Positions 40,521 to 56,977 of a stretch of DNA of 64,000 nucleotides are shown here, in pieces. The first letter of the stretch is position 1. Each line of letters opens with the position of its first letter. The notes beneath the pieces were generated by a model. That model was not told the DNA's origin, did no database searches, and was given only the letters and a program-made list of their open reading frames with translations. Both the position numbers and the translations under genes were made by a program. Origin of the DNA: the human T2T-CHM13v2.0 reference genome, Homo sapiens; the NCBI RefSeq assembly GCF_009914755.1, contig NC_060930.1. One strand, written 5' to 3'.

Positions 40521-41017
40521 AAATCAGTGAAAGAACTCTGTAATGGGAAAAAAAAAAAAACAAAAACATTTTAATGACCCTCAAAGAAAAGTGAGTTGTA
40601 TATTATTATGGAACTCTGTATTGTAAAAAAAAAATTTTAATGATCCTCAAAGAAAAGTGAGTTTTATGTTATATAAACACACAAACACATATGGCTGCTA
40701 ACAAAATACGTTACCATCAATTCTGATTTGATGCTAATGGGACTGAGTCATTAGGGTTAATAAAACAAATCATGGCTATTTGGCTTGGTAATATGTTTTG
40801 TACTTATAGTTAAACATGAATGTTTCTCATGTTCTAGAAATGAAAAACAATCATGCCCATAGTGAGAGTATTTTATACTGAGTAACTAAGAGTCTCCCTA
40901 CTTCAGAGCTTCACAAAACTTGGGTAGGGTTTATGATTTAGAAGCTCTGCAATGGGACCCTAGTACCTGTACTTTTTTAAAGCTCTGCAGATAATTCTGA
41001 TGTGTAGCCAAGGATGA

Positions 41018-41692
<675 letters not shown>

Positions 41693-42099
41693 TGTCTCTG
41701 GTTTCTATCAACTGTAAGTGGAAAATCACAACATGACTTCCTGGACGAGTGTACTGCTTCAGCTTAAAATAAAGGGAAAACTTAAACTAAAAACATTGGC
41801 CTAAACTAAAATCTACTTCTTAAGCCTTCAGTAGATTTGGGAGGCAAACCAAATCAATAGTTTGGGTTTTTGAGAATTACTTTGTTAAAAACTACTAGAA
41901 GTGATCTAGCTTCTGACTAAATTTCAAATGACTTAATAAACTGGCCAAGTTAAATACGAATGAGTACATACACCTACATCTTCCTTGCCTTTATATTCCC
42001 TACCTGATAAATCCCCACATCCTTTAAAATTCTAGCCCAGGGATCATCTAACGGTGAATTTCAACACCTCTAATGCAGTTAGCTCCTCCCTTCAGGCAG

Positions 42100-42850
42100 G
42101 GAAGACAAACAAATAAAGTAGAGAATAAATGAAAAAGATGATTTAAATAACCAATTATTTAATTTAAATTAGTTTAAGTGATTAAGTGCCATTAAAGAAA
42201 GACGGCACAGAAGAACAAATGGAGAGGTGTATTCTTAGACTGGGGAGTCATAAAAGGTCTCTTTGAGCAAGTAACTTTAGAGCTAAGACCTGGCTTGCAA
42301 GAAGCCAGGTAAGGAAAGAGGGAAGGGCCTTGGAAAAGGGGCAGTGTGAATGAGCTTGGTAGTGGAGAAGAACAGAAAGGAACCAGACTGTCCACAGCAC
42401 CATGAGCAATGAGGAGAATGGATGTGACGAGTTTAGAAAGGTGGCTATGGGCCAGGTCATGTACAGCTTGGAGAGCAGACCCTGGAAAGTAAGTTTGGAT
42501 TTATTCTAGGTACAATGGGAACACATTAAGCATTCCAAGTTAGTAGAGAAACATGGTGAATTTGTGTTTAAAAAATTATTCTAGCCACTATGTGGCGTAT
42601 GGATTTTAGTAGATCAAGAAATGGAAGGAGGGATACCAGTTAAGGGGCTCTTGCGTTAGTACAGATAAGAGATGAAGATGGTTTGGGCTAGGGTTTACCA
42701 GTGGAGGGAGAGAGACGGACTAAGCTGAACTGGCAGCATACTTGCTAATGAATTAAAAGGGGATGAGAGGGGAATGTGGGAATGGAAAAATAAAAGAAAG
42801 AAAATAATTAAGAAATGACTACAAGGTTTGTGGCTTCCATAGCAAATAGT
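42100..42850 (-). mobile_element. L2 fragment
   Basis: Purine-rich antisense L2 3' sequence (AAGTTTGGATTTATTCTAGGTACAATGGGA, CAGATAAGAGATGAAGATGG). Confidence 0.65.
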
Positions 42851-43780
42851 GACACTGGTAGTGACTTTTACTTTGACAGCAAACAAAAAATCCTGATCAG
42901 AAGCAGTAAATACTTTCCATAAAGTTAAATAGATTAGCAAGGCAAATAAGATGCTAAACTTTAAAAGTATACCAAGCTCTGAAAAATAGTTTCTCAATGG
43001 TGAGGTGCCCACAATATTTTGCTATTATTCTAAGTAAGTGCTTTAAGGACCTGAGCTACTGCATATTTACAGAATGCTGGCAGCCTTCAAAAAACCTTTA
43101 ATAAATACACCCATGACAAAGACTCTCCCCTCTAGTAGCTAGCATTTTAAGGTGACAAAACATTACAAATTCAGTTCAAACTGATCTACAGGTAACCTTT
43201 TTTTAAAAAAATTAGATATATTAGAAGTGAAGTTAGATGAAGTAGTGATCGAAATTTATAGGGAAAAGAATTTTTATATCAGACATTCCTAGACTACAAA
43301 TAGTATTTGAGAGAAAAGAAAATTAACCTTTTCCCCTAAACAGTTCTCTTTTTTAAAAACTAAAATTATTAAGGCATAAGCCTGTACTTTCATTCTGATA
43401 ATAAACAAGAAAGCCACGTGACTTAGAAGCCACTCTTCCTTAGCTGGATGGGATCTCTAGTTAGTGCTTCTTTTGCTCTGGCCTATTTCATAGGGAGAAA
43501 GAAAGGGAATTAATATGTATTGAGCATATACTATTATATCAAGTAATCTCCTTGGAACTACGATTCCAATTTGTTCACAAACAAACTGTCTGTTATGTCA
43601 GCTATAGTTTCTTCCTGCCTGCCACACTTAGGTGGTTCTACCATGACTCCGATGGGTCTAAGAGCTGTCTGTATCTCCCTGCTATTGCCATGTTAGGAGT
43701 GCAAAGCCTCTGTTGTTATTCTTCTGTTGTTGCCAACCTTATTCCAGGGGTAATCTAGCTTTCTCAATTTAATCATCTGA

Positions 43781-44101
<321 letters not shown>

Positions 44102-44303
44102 CTGTTTTAACTTTTTATTGTCCACACTTATAAAATTTTCACAGATCTCTTTCACTAGTAAGCATGATTGTAAAACTTAAAGCAGAGAGTCCTTTTAGGC
44201 TAATCTACTTTGAGTTCTCAGAGTAGCTATCATTTCTAAAACAGGCCTAAATTTTTAAAATACAGGCTTTTATCTATAAAATAAATAATTGTAAAAAACT
44301 TAC

Positions 44304-44469
44304 GCAGAATGAGTTTGCGTTTCTTTTGCTCTGAGTGAAGAAAGCTACTAAGGTAGAAGACAACAGGTAGAAAGAGAATGAACACAGAAACAGCAATTAC
44401 AGGCACTGTGTCACTGCAAGGGACTGAACAGTTGAAAGTTCGACTCCATAGTTTTCGAGTGATGTTCAT
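44304..44469 (-). CDS. OSTM1: OSTM1 exon 5 (166 nt): [55 protein letters not shown], includes the transmembrane helix
   Basis: CAG acceptor 44472-44470, GTAAGT donor at 44303; recognisable OSTM1 TM and basic juxtamembrane motif. Confidence 0.97.
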
Positions 44470-45092
44470 CTGGAACAAGAGCAAACAATATCTTTCTATT
44501 TTATATTTAACTTGTCTTCAATTTCTTATAATTATTTTGCTAATAACTAAACAGGAATCTAGAATTTAGACTCAATACATACCTCTAAAAACCTACTGAT
44601 AGTTGAGGACAACTTCTTCTGCCAGGAAAAAAACCTGGTTCAAAATACAGTCATTGTAGAAATTTATATCCATACAGAAATTTCATATTCTAAGTCCATA
44701 ATACTGACCAAAGTATTCTAGAATGTCAACCATTTGTACATTCAAACAAAGAACTTATATGAAGAGGAATATAGTTAGGCCCTGTTTTATTCATTTACAA
44801 AATATTTATTATTTATTGAGAGCCTACTAGAAACCAGGTACTGTTTTAGGCAATAGGAATGGAGCAGTAAAAACAAACAAAAAGCCACACTGTACATTTC
44901 ATTTTAAGTACTTTTTACCATCTCGTATATTATTGGTTCTTATAGTTCCCTCTGAGCTGCTGTGATAATTCACACATTCTCAATTCTTAAGCTCATTAAT
45001 TCTGACCTCAAGTTCTCTACTTTGAGCCAATAATTTCTCAGTTTCCTCTAATGCCCCAAAACTCCAGCATCATAGTGCCTAAAAAGGCATGA

Positions 45093-45110
45093 TTGCCATC
45101 TAGTGGCACC
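45093..45110 (-). promoter_or_regulatory. Candidate CTCF site
   Basis: Minus strand GGTGCCACTAGATGGCAA fits the CCASYAGRKGGC core. Confidence 0.55.
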
Positions 45111-45395
45111 CTATGTAAAGGCAGGCTATAAAATGGAGAAAAAAAAATTTTTTTTGACCATTCAATTAATACATGTTTATTAAGCCCATTATATGCTAGA
45201 CTGTCCTAAATACTGTCCTAAATACTGAATAGTGAACAAAAAAAGCCTAAGTCCTTGTCCTCATGTGGCTTATATTTTAGTGAGGAAGACAGACTAAAAA
45301 TAAATAAATAAATATTTTCAGATGGTAATAGATATAAGAAAATAAAACAATGGAATAGGAAGTGATTGAGGAATGGCTTCTGAAACATGTAGTGA

Positions 45396-45714
<319 letters not shown>

Positions 45715-46083
45715 AGAAACTTCTTAAATTAGCAACAAGTGCACAAGAAACTGAAATATAAACATATAACAATACCTACACCTCTGCAAATGGCACATAT
45801 TTTCAAATTTAAAAAGATTAAAATGTACCAAAGCATCAACTCACTTATGAAGTACCTAATTAATTTCTGTTTTATTTTTATCCTAACCATGAGACTACTA
45901 AGGAAATATCCATTTTGGTTTAACAGACCAGGATATTCTAAAACTTTACTACTTTATAACTAGTTATTTTTGGTTGAGGACAGAATATGCAGATTCCACC
46001 CTATCACCAAAAATAATAATCATACTGAAGGTACATTCAATAACACTCTAAAATATGTATCACATCAGAAGCAAAGTACTTAC

Positions 46084-46251
46084 TGCATCTTCCACATCAA
46101 TGCATAAATGTGTTCCAGGTTCAGCCTTATTCTCAAGTTCATTCATTTTTTGCATTTCACTGTACAGACTACTCAGAGTTTTGTATGCTTCACGGCAGTT
46201 TTTGCATACTTCTGAATAATTTTTTGTCTGTAAAAGACTATGTGCATTCCC
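46084..46251 (-). CDS. OSTM1: OSTM1 exon 4 (168 nt): [56 protein letters not shown]
   Basis: TAG acceptor, GTAAGT donor, phase 0-0, open frame with Cys pattern. Confidence 0.96.
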
Positions 46252-47205
46252 CTAAAATGACAAAGGCACATGTAATATATACAATAAACATTATATACAA
46301 TATCTCTTTAATGTAAGCTATTTACGCTTCTAGAAGACGGGAAACAATATGGTGTGTTAAAGTGCTAAGCTGTGATGTTGAGTAGGTTACTAAATCACTC
46401 TGAGTCTCAGTTTTATCATCTATAAAATAAAACGACCTCTACCTGTATTATAAGTCCGAAGGATTAGAGACCCGGTATGTGAAGCAGATGGCAAACTGTT
46501 TGGAACTTTCTAGGTGCCTCTAAATTTTCAAAACTGCTGCATTAGCTAATGTTAACTGAGGATAACAATAATTCATATGCCAAATGACTAGTAACTAAAT
46601 ACAAAATTTCCTAAATTATCTCATCATCACAAACCCTCACTTATCTATCCTACTCTCACTGAATAAATAAAATAGGTTCCTGCCTATGCTGACTTGAACA
46701 CCATAGTTTATCTTACTGAGACAGAACTTTTTAAATGGAAAGGGAAAAGGCACCAAAACTGCATCCCCACTCAACTCTCTTATCACAAGGCTCATAATCC
46801 AGGCCTTTCTAGTCAACAAAAAGGGCCAAATACCAAAGAATTGTATAACCTAAAATGAGGATAGTGGAGGTACATAAAATATTATGCTACTAAATCTCAA
46901 TATTTTGTACTTCTAGACTGACACTTGTCTTTTCAAGAATAAGTTTGCTAAACAGTCAGTTCACACCTTTGCTTTCTATGCCCTTTATTCTTTACTTTGT
47001 AGTATGAAGAAAGAATATTAACTGAACATTGGGATGAAAGAGAAAAGAGAAAAATCAAAGTAATTACACTGATGTTGGCCCAACAATGTTACCCTCACCA
47101 TCTACTTGACAGAAAAACTAAGTCTCTCCTTAGTCTGCTACAAGAAATAGCCCATTGCTTGTTTTTCACAGAACAATTGTGCACTTAGTTAAAAATTGAG
47201 CACAG

Positions 47206-47704
<499 letters not shown>

Positions 47705-47745
47705 CAATTTTTATTCAAATTTAAAATGCACATATCTTTTAATAA

Positions 47746-48207
47746 TGTGAAAGTTGCAGACATTAGGATGAAATCACCTTTTGACAGACCAAGACAAAAT
47801 AGAGACAAAAAGAGTCCTTGTTTCCAAAGACTTTCTAAAAACCCCACAAGAAACCCTTTCACGCCCTTCATTGCAACTCCTGCTTTCACATGGTTTATCA
47901 CTGCCATTCTTTAGGACTGCAGTAATTCAGATAAGATGCACTCAAAAGAACACTTGCCCAGTAATGGCATCGCCACCAATGAACTGACAACTTGGCTTTG
48001 AGCCTCAGGAACCAATGAACTCAGTTTCCAAGCAGCTTGTGTGAACCTCTCCCTTTTTGCTAATAAAAGCTTCCCTTTACCCTTCCCTCACTGGATGTAC
48101 TGGTGGTTTGCCAGTGCATTCCAAATTACCATACTTCTTTCTTATTCCCTAATAAACTCATCATATTTGGAGATAATTTTCTCTAGTGTCTTTTTCTTAG
48201 GCTGCCA
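47746..48207 (+). mobile_element. MER34-family LTR
   Basis: Starts TGTGAAAGTTGCAGACATTAGGATGAAATCAC; contains GAGCCTCAGGAACCAATGAACTC and AATAAA motifs. Confidence 0.65.
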
Positions 48208-48279
48208 ATATAGTAATTCTACTTCTAGAAATCTACCAAACTCATACAAGTACTCTAAGTTAAATGAAAAGAAGACTGT

Positions 48280-48400
48280 TTATGGTGTACAATTTAAAAC
48301 TTATTATTTCCAGAATTTTCCATTTAATATTTTTGGACTGCAGTTGGCCACAGGTAACTGAAACTGTGGAAAGTGAAGCCATATATAAGAGGGATGACTT
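48280..48400 (+). mobile_element. MER44 (Tigger7-derived) 3' fragment
   Basis: AATTTTCCATTTAATATTTTTGGACTGCAGTTG shared with the copy near 57470. Confidence 0.75.
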
Positions 48401-48562
48401 TATAGAAAAATTGCTATTTGAGTGTTACAACACACATCAGTCCACTAAAGGCTCTGAAGTCCTGTAGTAAAGCATTTCCCAACCTTAATGGAATACTAAA
48501 CCCTTTCTGATAGGACATCTATTAACATGCTGCAGAACAAATTCTGAGAAATGTTCACCTAA

Positions 48563-48821
48563 TTTATTTTATTTTATTTTTTTGAGACAGAGTCTCTCTG
48601 AAACGCCCAGGCTGGAGTGCAATGGCACGATCTCAACTCACTGCAACCTCTACTTCACTACAGGCGTGCACCACCAAGCCTGGCTAAGTTTTGTATTTTT
48701 AGTAGAGACAGGGTTTCACCATATTGGCCAGGTTGATCTCGAACTCCTGACCTCAAGTGACCTGCCTGCCTTGGCCTCCCAAGGTGCTGGGATTATAGGC
48801 ATGAGATACTGCACCTGGCCC
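48563..48821 (-). mobile_element. Alu with internal deletion
   Basis: Alu consensus. Confidence 0.85.
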
Positions 48822-49544
48822 AATTTTTATTATTCTCAAGGAAATTCATAATTCAGTGTTACCACATTTATTACAGAAGAAATCATACATGCTTATACCC
48901 TAAGCATGTGTACATCTACTATGGGGATTACTTACTTGTTATGTAAGTTTCAAAACTACATTTTAACCAGAGTTCCAACCTCGTCCTTCACCACGACCGG
49001 GCAAGTTCCAATACCAAAATTCAAGAGTCAGAGATAGAGATGGCAATAATCTACAAGGTTAAGATTCTTAAAGCTACCTTTTATTATCATAATTCAATAC
49101 TCAAAGTTATCTTACTAAACAGTGCTTTTTAAGGTAGGTAAAACATACTTAAGCAAATTTCAGGCAAAGAATAAACTTCCTATAGACAGAATCATACTAC
49201 ACTGCAAAATACCTACGTAAGTCAGATTGAAAACCATTGTGTTTTAATTAAACAATCACACACCTCAATCAATGTTTTCACAATCATTATCTCACCAGAT
49301 TCTCATTACAAAATACTTGAAGATAGGCAGGATAGATATTATCTCCATTTTACAATGAGAGAACTGAGGTTTTCATGATTTGTAAGTAGAAGAACTTACT
49401 TAAGAGCAGAAATCCAGGTCCACTAACTCCTCTACATCATGAATTTAGATAAATATCAATAATTAGTGCTCTAAAAACTTGGAACTGCACATTATTCCTT
49501 TGTACAAGGCAGCATTTTAATTTTAAATATTATATATAAAATAC

Positions 49545-49642
49545 CTGAAGGTTATGTTCAAAGCAGGTCAGGGTGTGATTAAATAGATTAAGGAAATATA
49601 CTGTGCTGTTTGATAATTCTTCACTGTTGTTTGTTAAACAAT
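49545..49642 (-). CDS. OSTM1: OSTM1 exon 3 (98 nt): (N)[32 protein letters not shown]
   Basis: CAG acceptor after polyT, CAG|GTAT donor, phase 1-0, N-glycosylation sequons. Confidence 0.96.
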
Positions 49643-51189
49643 CTGTCAAAAAAATTCAAAAAGTATATTAATATAACTCAAGGAACAATTCTATGTTGTC
49701 ATTTATATCTTAAGCTATCAGCTTCGTTTCACACTACAGTAATTCTTTATTCAAACAAGCATGAATTTTCCAAATATATGAAGCTTACTCCTTTTATTTT
49801 CCAAAAGTTAAAAAAGTCATAACCATTTTCATGAACATGTTAAAATAATCACATACTCTCTTTTCATAAAAATATACCAAATAAAATTCAAATGGACTTT
49901 TGATGGCACAAGGTCATAATCACGGAATATCAGCTATCAAATGCTGCCTTAACAGTGCTATTTAGGCATAAGACTGTTTACCCTGCATTAATTTTACCGA
50001 AATTCATATGCCTTATCATTTTTTGTGTCAAATTTCATAGTTCTCTGTATCTTCCAACTTCACTAATGAGTCATTTATTGTACCTAATGGGGTAACTTTT
50101 AAAATTCGCTCTTTCTAATCCATCACGAGTTGGGAGCCCAGAGAAACAAACTGGTGAGAATTTTGCCTAAAATACTGACGTGGGGGCTTCAAGTAAAGTC
50201 TAGAAACAAAATTGTTTTACATTTTTAAAAATCCTACATAAATGGTATTTCTCTGCAACTGGCTATTCTTGCTTAGAGTTAGCTCAAGTTCACTCATCCC
50301 TTTTATTTTCTATGTATGTGTATATCACAATTTATGTATCCATTTTCCCTTCTTCAGGGAATAATCTATTCTTCTTTTTTTTTTTTAAGAAACGGGGTCT
50401 TGCTCGGTTGCCCAGGCTGGAGTGCAGTGGCACAATTTGCCAGCTCATTGCAGACTTGAACTCCTGGGCGCAAGTGATGTTCCCACCTCAACCTTCCAAA
50501 GTGCTGGGATTACTTAAAGGCATGAGCCACTGCGCTCAGCCAGGGAACCTAGTCTTTATCCTCAGGTAAACCTTTGTCTTTACCTCTCCTTGTGTTCTCA
50601 GCCTGCTATCTCCAATCGAGGTTCAACTGCCTGGTTCCAGATCTTGGAACTTGTGGTCAGTCGTTTCCATCTGACTCTCCTAGAATCCTTGCCCTCTTTA
50701 TCTTCCACATATTCACAGCCATTTTCATCCCTGGACAGTCCCCATCTACTTTCTGTACTCTCAGTCTGGTTACAGAATACTACTACAGAAATTCTAAAAT
50801 GATAATGAAGGGACTCAATTCAAATTCATGTGTTCTGATCTCGGGGCAACAAAATGATCCTTGTAGATGCCCTCCTAATTGCTCTGCAAGGGATGTTCCA
50901 CATATTTTCTCATCTCTAGTCCCAGCCCTACTCTTGTTCCCCTTAATTTCAACAGATGGCTTTGTATTATGCCCACCTTATTTAGAAATTCAGGGCCATC
51001 AGATAGGATCTCTCTCAACTGGAAGTGGAAAGACAACATGCAAAGCTATTGCAATTACCCAGGAGAAAGGCAGCAAGGCAAGTAGAATTTGTGGAGAAAA
51101 GAGAGACGGACTAGGTAGACACTAGGATATGACACACTAAGGGACATCCATGTACTCTGACAGACAACAATTACTACAACGAAAGTTAA

Positions 51190-51430
51190 CACTTACTAAA
51201 TACTTGCTATGTTCTAAGAACTATGCTTACACTGCACTTTAAACACATTTGCCCATTTAATTCTTGCAGTGATTCCATGAGGGAAAAATTATCATTATCT
51301 CCATTTTATAAATAAGGAACAGAGATAGGTTTAGATAAATTAAGGAAGTTGCCCAAGGACATAAAACTGGTAAGTAAAAAGCTAGACTCTGTACTCAGTC
51401 TGATTCTTGAGCCTGCACTCTCAAACACTG
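51190..51430 (-). mobile_element. MIR
   Basis: ATTATCTCCATTTTATAAATAAGGAACAGAG...GTTGCCCAAGGACATA. Confidence 0.75.
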
Positions 51431-52009
51431 CAAAATAAACATATTTATATCTACATTCTAAACCATTAAAAGTTCAAGACTCGGAATCTACAAATACATG
51501 CCACTGCCTACTCCCTCCACAACCCATAGATATCTTACACCATACAGGGATTCAGGCAGTCCACACCAACTGATCAGAGTTAGCAACTGAGATGAAACCT
51601 AAACCTGGTAGACAGGGGCAGACAGCACAGTAAAGCTCCTTTGTGCAAATCAGAAAAAGATATTCCCTCTGGGTAGATAAATTACAAAAGGTCATTCCTG
51701 CCTCCAGAAGCTAAGCTGGAATTCAGCCCCATTCACCTCCTTGTACAGCCCCCTTGTGCAGGGCTCCTTCTGCACCCATTGTACACAGGATCCTCTTGGT
51801 AAACCTATTTCAGGAGTTGTCCCCTCTCTGAACTCACATACTCTACATTCTCTGAAGCTTTATCTTCTCCAGAACATGAATCTCATTCTAACTTCTCACC
51901 CTTATTTAAAAAATCTGAGGGATCACTACAAATTAGGAAACTAAGCCACAGAAATAGGTGATATGCTGATGATCATACCACAAGTTAATAAGCCATTGAT
52001 ATAAAAATA

Positions 52010-53874
<1,865 letters not shown>

Positions 53875-54741
53875 TCATTAAGTACTATTGTTGTTGCTTT
53901 TTAAAGCATCAAGACATACATTGTATGTGTTAACTGAAAGTTAGTTTTCCTCTGATGAATCAGAATATACATCGGGATTACACAGTGGTTCAACAGCATC
54001 ATTATGCTCATTAATTATCACCCAGATCACCTGTATCACTGAAGATATAGGTTGCTCATAAAGAAAGAGTTTTCAGTGTGTAAGAACAAATATCTGAACT
54101 GATAATTTTGAGGCCTATCTCATTATAATAATGCTTCATACTGGATACTGCTTACCAAAGAACCAAAACACTAAAGCAGTCATGAACTCATCAAATCTGG
54201 TCATTCTGCTGATTATTTAACTGCTGTATGCACAAGATAAGCAAGAAGGGTCTCAATAACAAGGCTATCCCTATGTCAACAATACACACCTTTAAAATTC
54301 TGAGAAACCTTTAATATACTCTCTTTACTTTTTGGCAGTCATTCTCCATCAGAAACAGCTAGTTTCCATGTTATTTGTAGTATGAGTAGAAAGAGTTGCA
54401 CTCTTAACACTTCTTTTGACCTTCCATCAATTTCCAATAACCAGTTTCCTACCAAGACTAATACCATTTGAAGACACAGGAATTCTGAGAAGAAAAGGGA
54501 TGGGAGTAGTACATGGATGGCATTCTCTCCTCTCTTGGATTCCTAGCCTTCCTTTCATGAATAATAACTGCAGAGACTAGATGCCACCCCTATTTCAAGC
54601 TAAATTAAGCAGAACAGAAAGATAGTTTTGGGCAGTATACTCATTTTAATAATATTCTTTCTAGTAATATTTTACCTTTCATGTTTTTACATTTTTTTCT
54701 GTTATTTAATAATATTATTTTACAAAAATTCTAATAGCCCC

Positions 54742-54890
54742 TGTTATGGTCTGAATGTGTCTCCCAAAATTGATATGTTGAAACTTGATGGCCAATACAA
54801 TAATATCAAGAAGTGAGGCCTTTAGGAAGTGACTAGGTCATGAGGGTTCCTTCTTCACAAATGGGATTTACTCTTCCACTTTTCTGCCAC
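54742..54890 (+). mobile_element. MST/MLT1A-type MaLR LTR fragment
   Basis: TGTTATGGTCTGAATGTGTCTCCCAAAATTGATATGTTGAAACTT. Confidence 0.7.
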
Positions 54891-55491
54891 ATAAATGGGA
54901 TGATGAATGATGATAATTTTTAATGCGTAATTCTGGAAAATGAAATAGCTAATCTCTCTAACCACATCTAACATACAAATACTCATCACAGATTTGAACA
55001 TTCTGTTAAATTTTTTAAATTTCTATATATTTTTGAATACATATTAAATGTATATGGCATAAAATCCAAAGGGTACAAATGCAAATACGGTGAAAACTAA
55101 ATCTTCCTTTCTTTCCTGCCCACACAGCTATCCAACTGCCTTCCCTCAAAATACATATGTATTTTTAGAACACAAAATATCATACTTCTCTGTACCTCAC
55201 TTCTTTTACCTGAGACCATATGTCTGGGCCAAATTAATTTTAATTGGGAAGAGTCTTTTAAGTAAGTCATATCTAATTGCTTAGCATTTTATTTGGTCCT
55301 CAGAAGTTCAATGTAAGGAATATTTTCAAGATAGGATGCCTCACAGAAGAACAAAATACCCTAAGAATTTATTCTAAAGCATTTTATACCTGCCATACTG
55401 AGTATGCGGTAAAACGTTTTCTTTTCAACTAACTGGGGAAAAAAGGTCTGTACTTCGAATTAGTGAAATCTTTTTTACAAAACACCTTTTA

Positions 55492-55795
55492 AGCCAGGCA
55501 CAGTGGCTCACACTTTCAATCTCAGCACTTTGGGAGGCCAAGGAAGGAGGATTGCTTGAGTCTAGGAATCCAAGACCAGCCTGGGCAACATGACAAAACA
55601 GCATCTCTATTAAAAACACAAAAATTGGCCAGGCATCCTCGTGCTGCCTGTAGCCCCAGCTGCTTGGGAGGCTGAGGCTGGAGGATCACTTGAGCCCTCA
55701 AGAGGTGGAGGCTACAGTGAGCTGAGATTGTGCCACTGTATTCCAGCCTGGGCAACAGAGCAAGACTCTGTCTCAAAAATCAAACAAACAAAAAC
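55492..55795 (+). mobile_element. AluJ
   Basis: TSD ACAAAACACCTTTTAA / ACAAAAACACTTTTTAA. Confidence 0.9.
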
Positions 55796-55873
55796 ACTTT
55801 TTAAAGAAAAAAAATGCCCTGCCTCTTCTAAGTATATAAATTTAGTCACATCTGTCAAAAGAAGTGAACCCCT

Positions 55874-55984
55874 GGCTCATCTGAAGGTAGTGAGTTATCT
55901 CAATTAATTGTTCACAGTTGGTTACAGATCGAACTCCTTGTTCTACTCTTTCCCCTCTTCTCACTGCTGCACTTGACTAGTCTT
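55874..55984 (+). pseudogene. Y1 RNA (RNY1) retropseudogene
   Basis: GAAGGTAGTGAGTTATCTCAATT...ACAGATCGAACTCCTTGTTCTACTCTTTCCCC...TGCACTTGACTAGTCTT matches hY1; A-rich tail; TSD AAAGAAGTGAA[C/T]CCC. Confidence 0.93.
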
Positions 55985-56589
55985 AAAATAAAATTAAAAA
56001 ATAAAGAAGTGAATCCCAGTATATATCCACTTATTCCAATTAACTGATTTTAAATTATTTATAATTAACATATTTTTCTATGTTAATGGATTTTTCTAAA
56101 AAGCTTAAGAATACTTAAAAACAGGTCTACATATGTTAAGCAAATGCTCTTCAATCATATTTATACTAGAAAATTTTACTCTGAAAAGTAAAGGATATGC
56201 TAAAAAAAAAAGTTGTGTTAGTCAAGCTTCGGAAACAAAATTTTAAAAGTCAATATTCAATATACCATAGTATACTGACAAGGGAAAAAAACTGGCTGGG
56301 GCTTCTTATCCCATTTTAGTTTTTCTTCATATGAACTAAACAAAAAGACAAGTCTTGATAAAAGCTAAGCTACTTAATGACTTATAGGTACACAAATTTT
56401 TAATCTATCCTTCTATTTCCAAGGCCCCTCCCTACTTCACATTTTCTTTCCTTCTTGCCTAAACTATAGCAGTAAACTTCTTACTGGTCTCTCTCTCTTC
56501 CAATGAGGTTCCATGAAAAAAGGATCTTTGTAGTTTTTTTTTTTTTTTAAAGGCTTAGAAAGTGCTAGGTTAAATGATGTTTAAAAAAC

Positions 56590-56899
<310 letters not shown>

Positions 56900-56977
56900 A
56901 AAAAAAACCCTTTTAAAAAAATCTCAATGCATTTAATATTCCAGGTGCATTGTAAATCCCAAAGATACTACAACATA

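Noticed and set aside
50574-51125. 183-aa plus-strand ORF in intron 2
   Set aside because: Non-ATG start, no recognisable domain, partly degraded repeat-like sequence; a GSGKT string alone is not a supported P-loop
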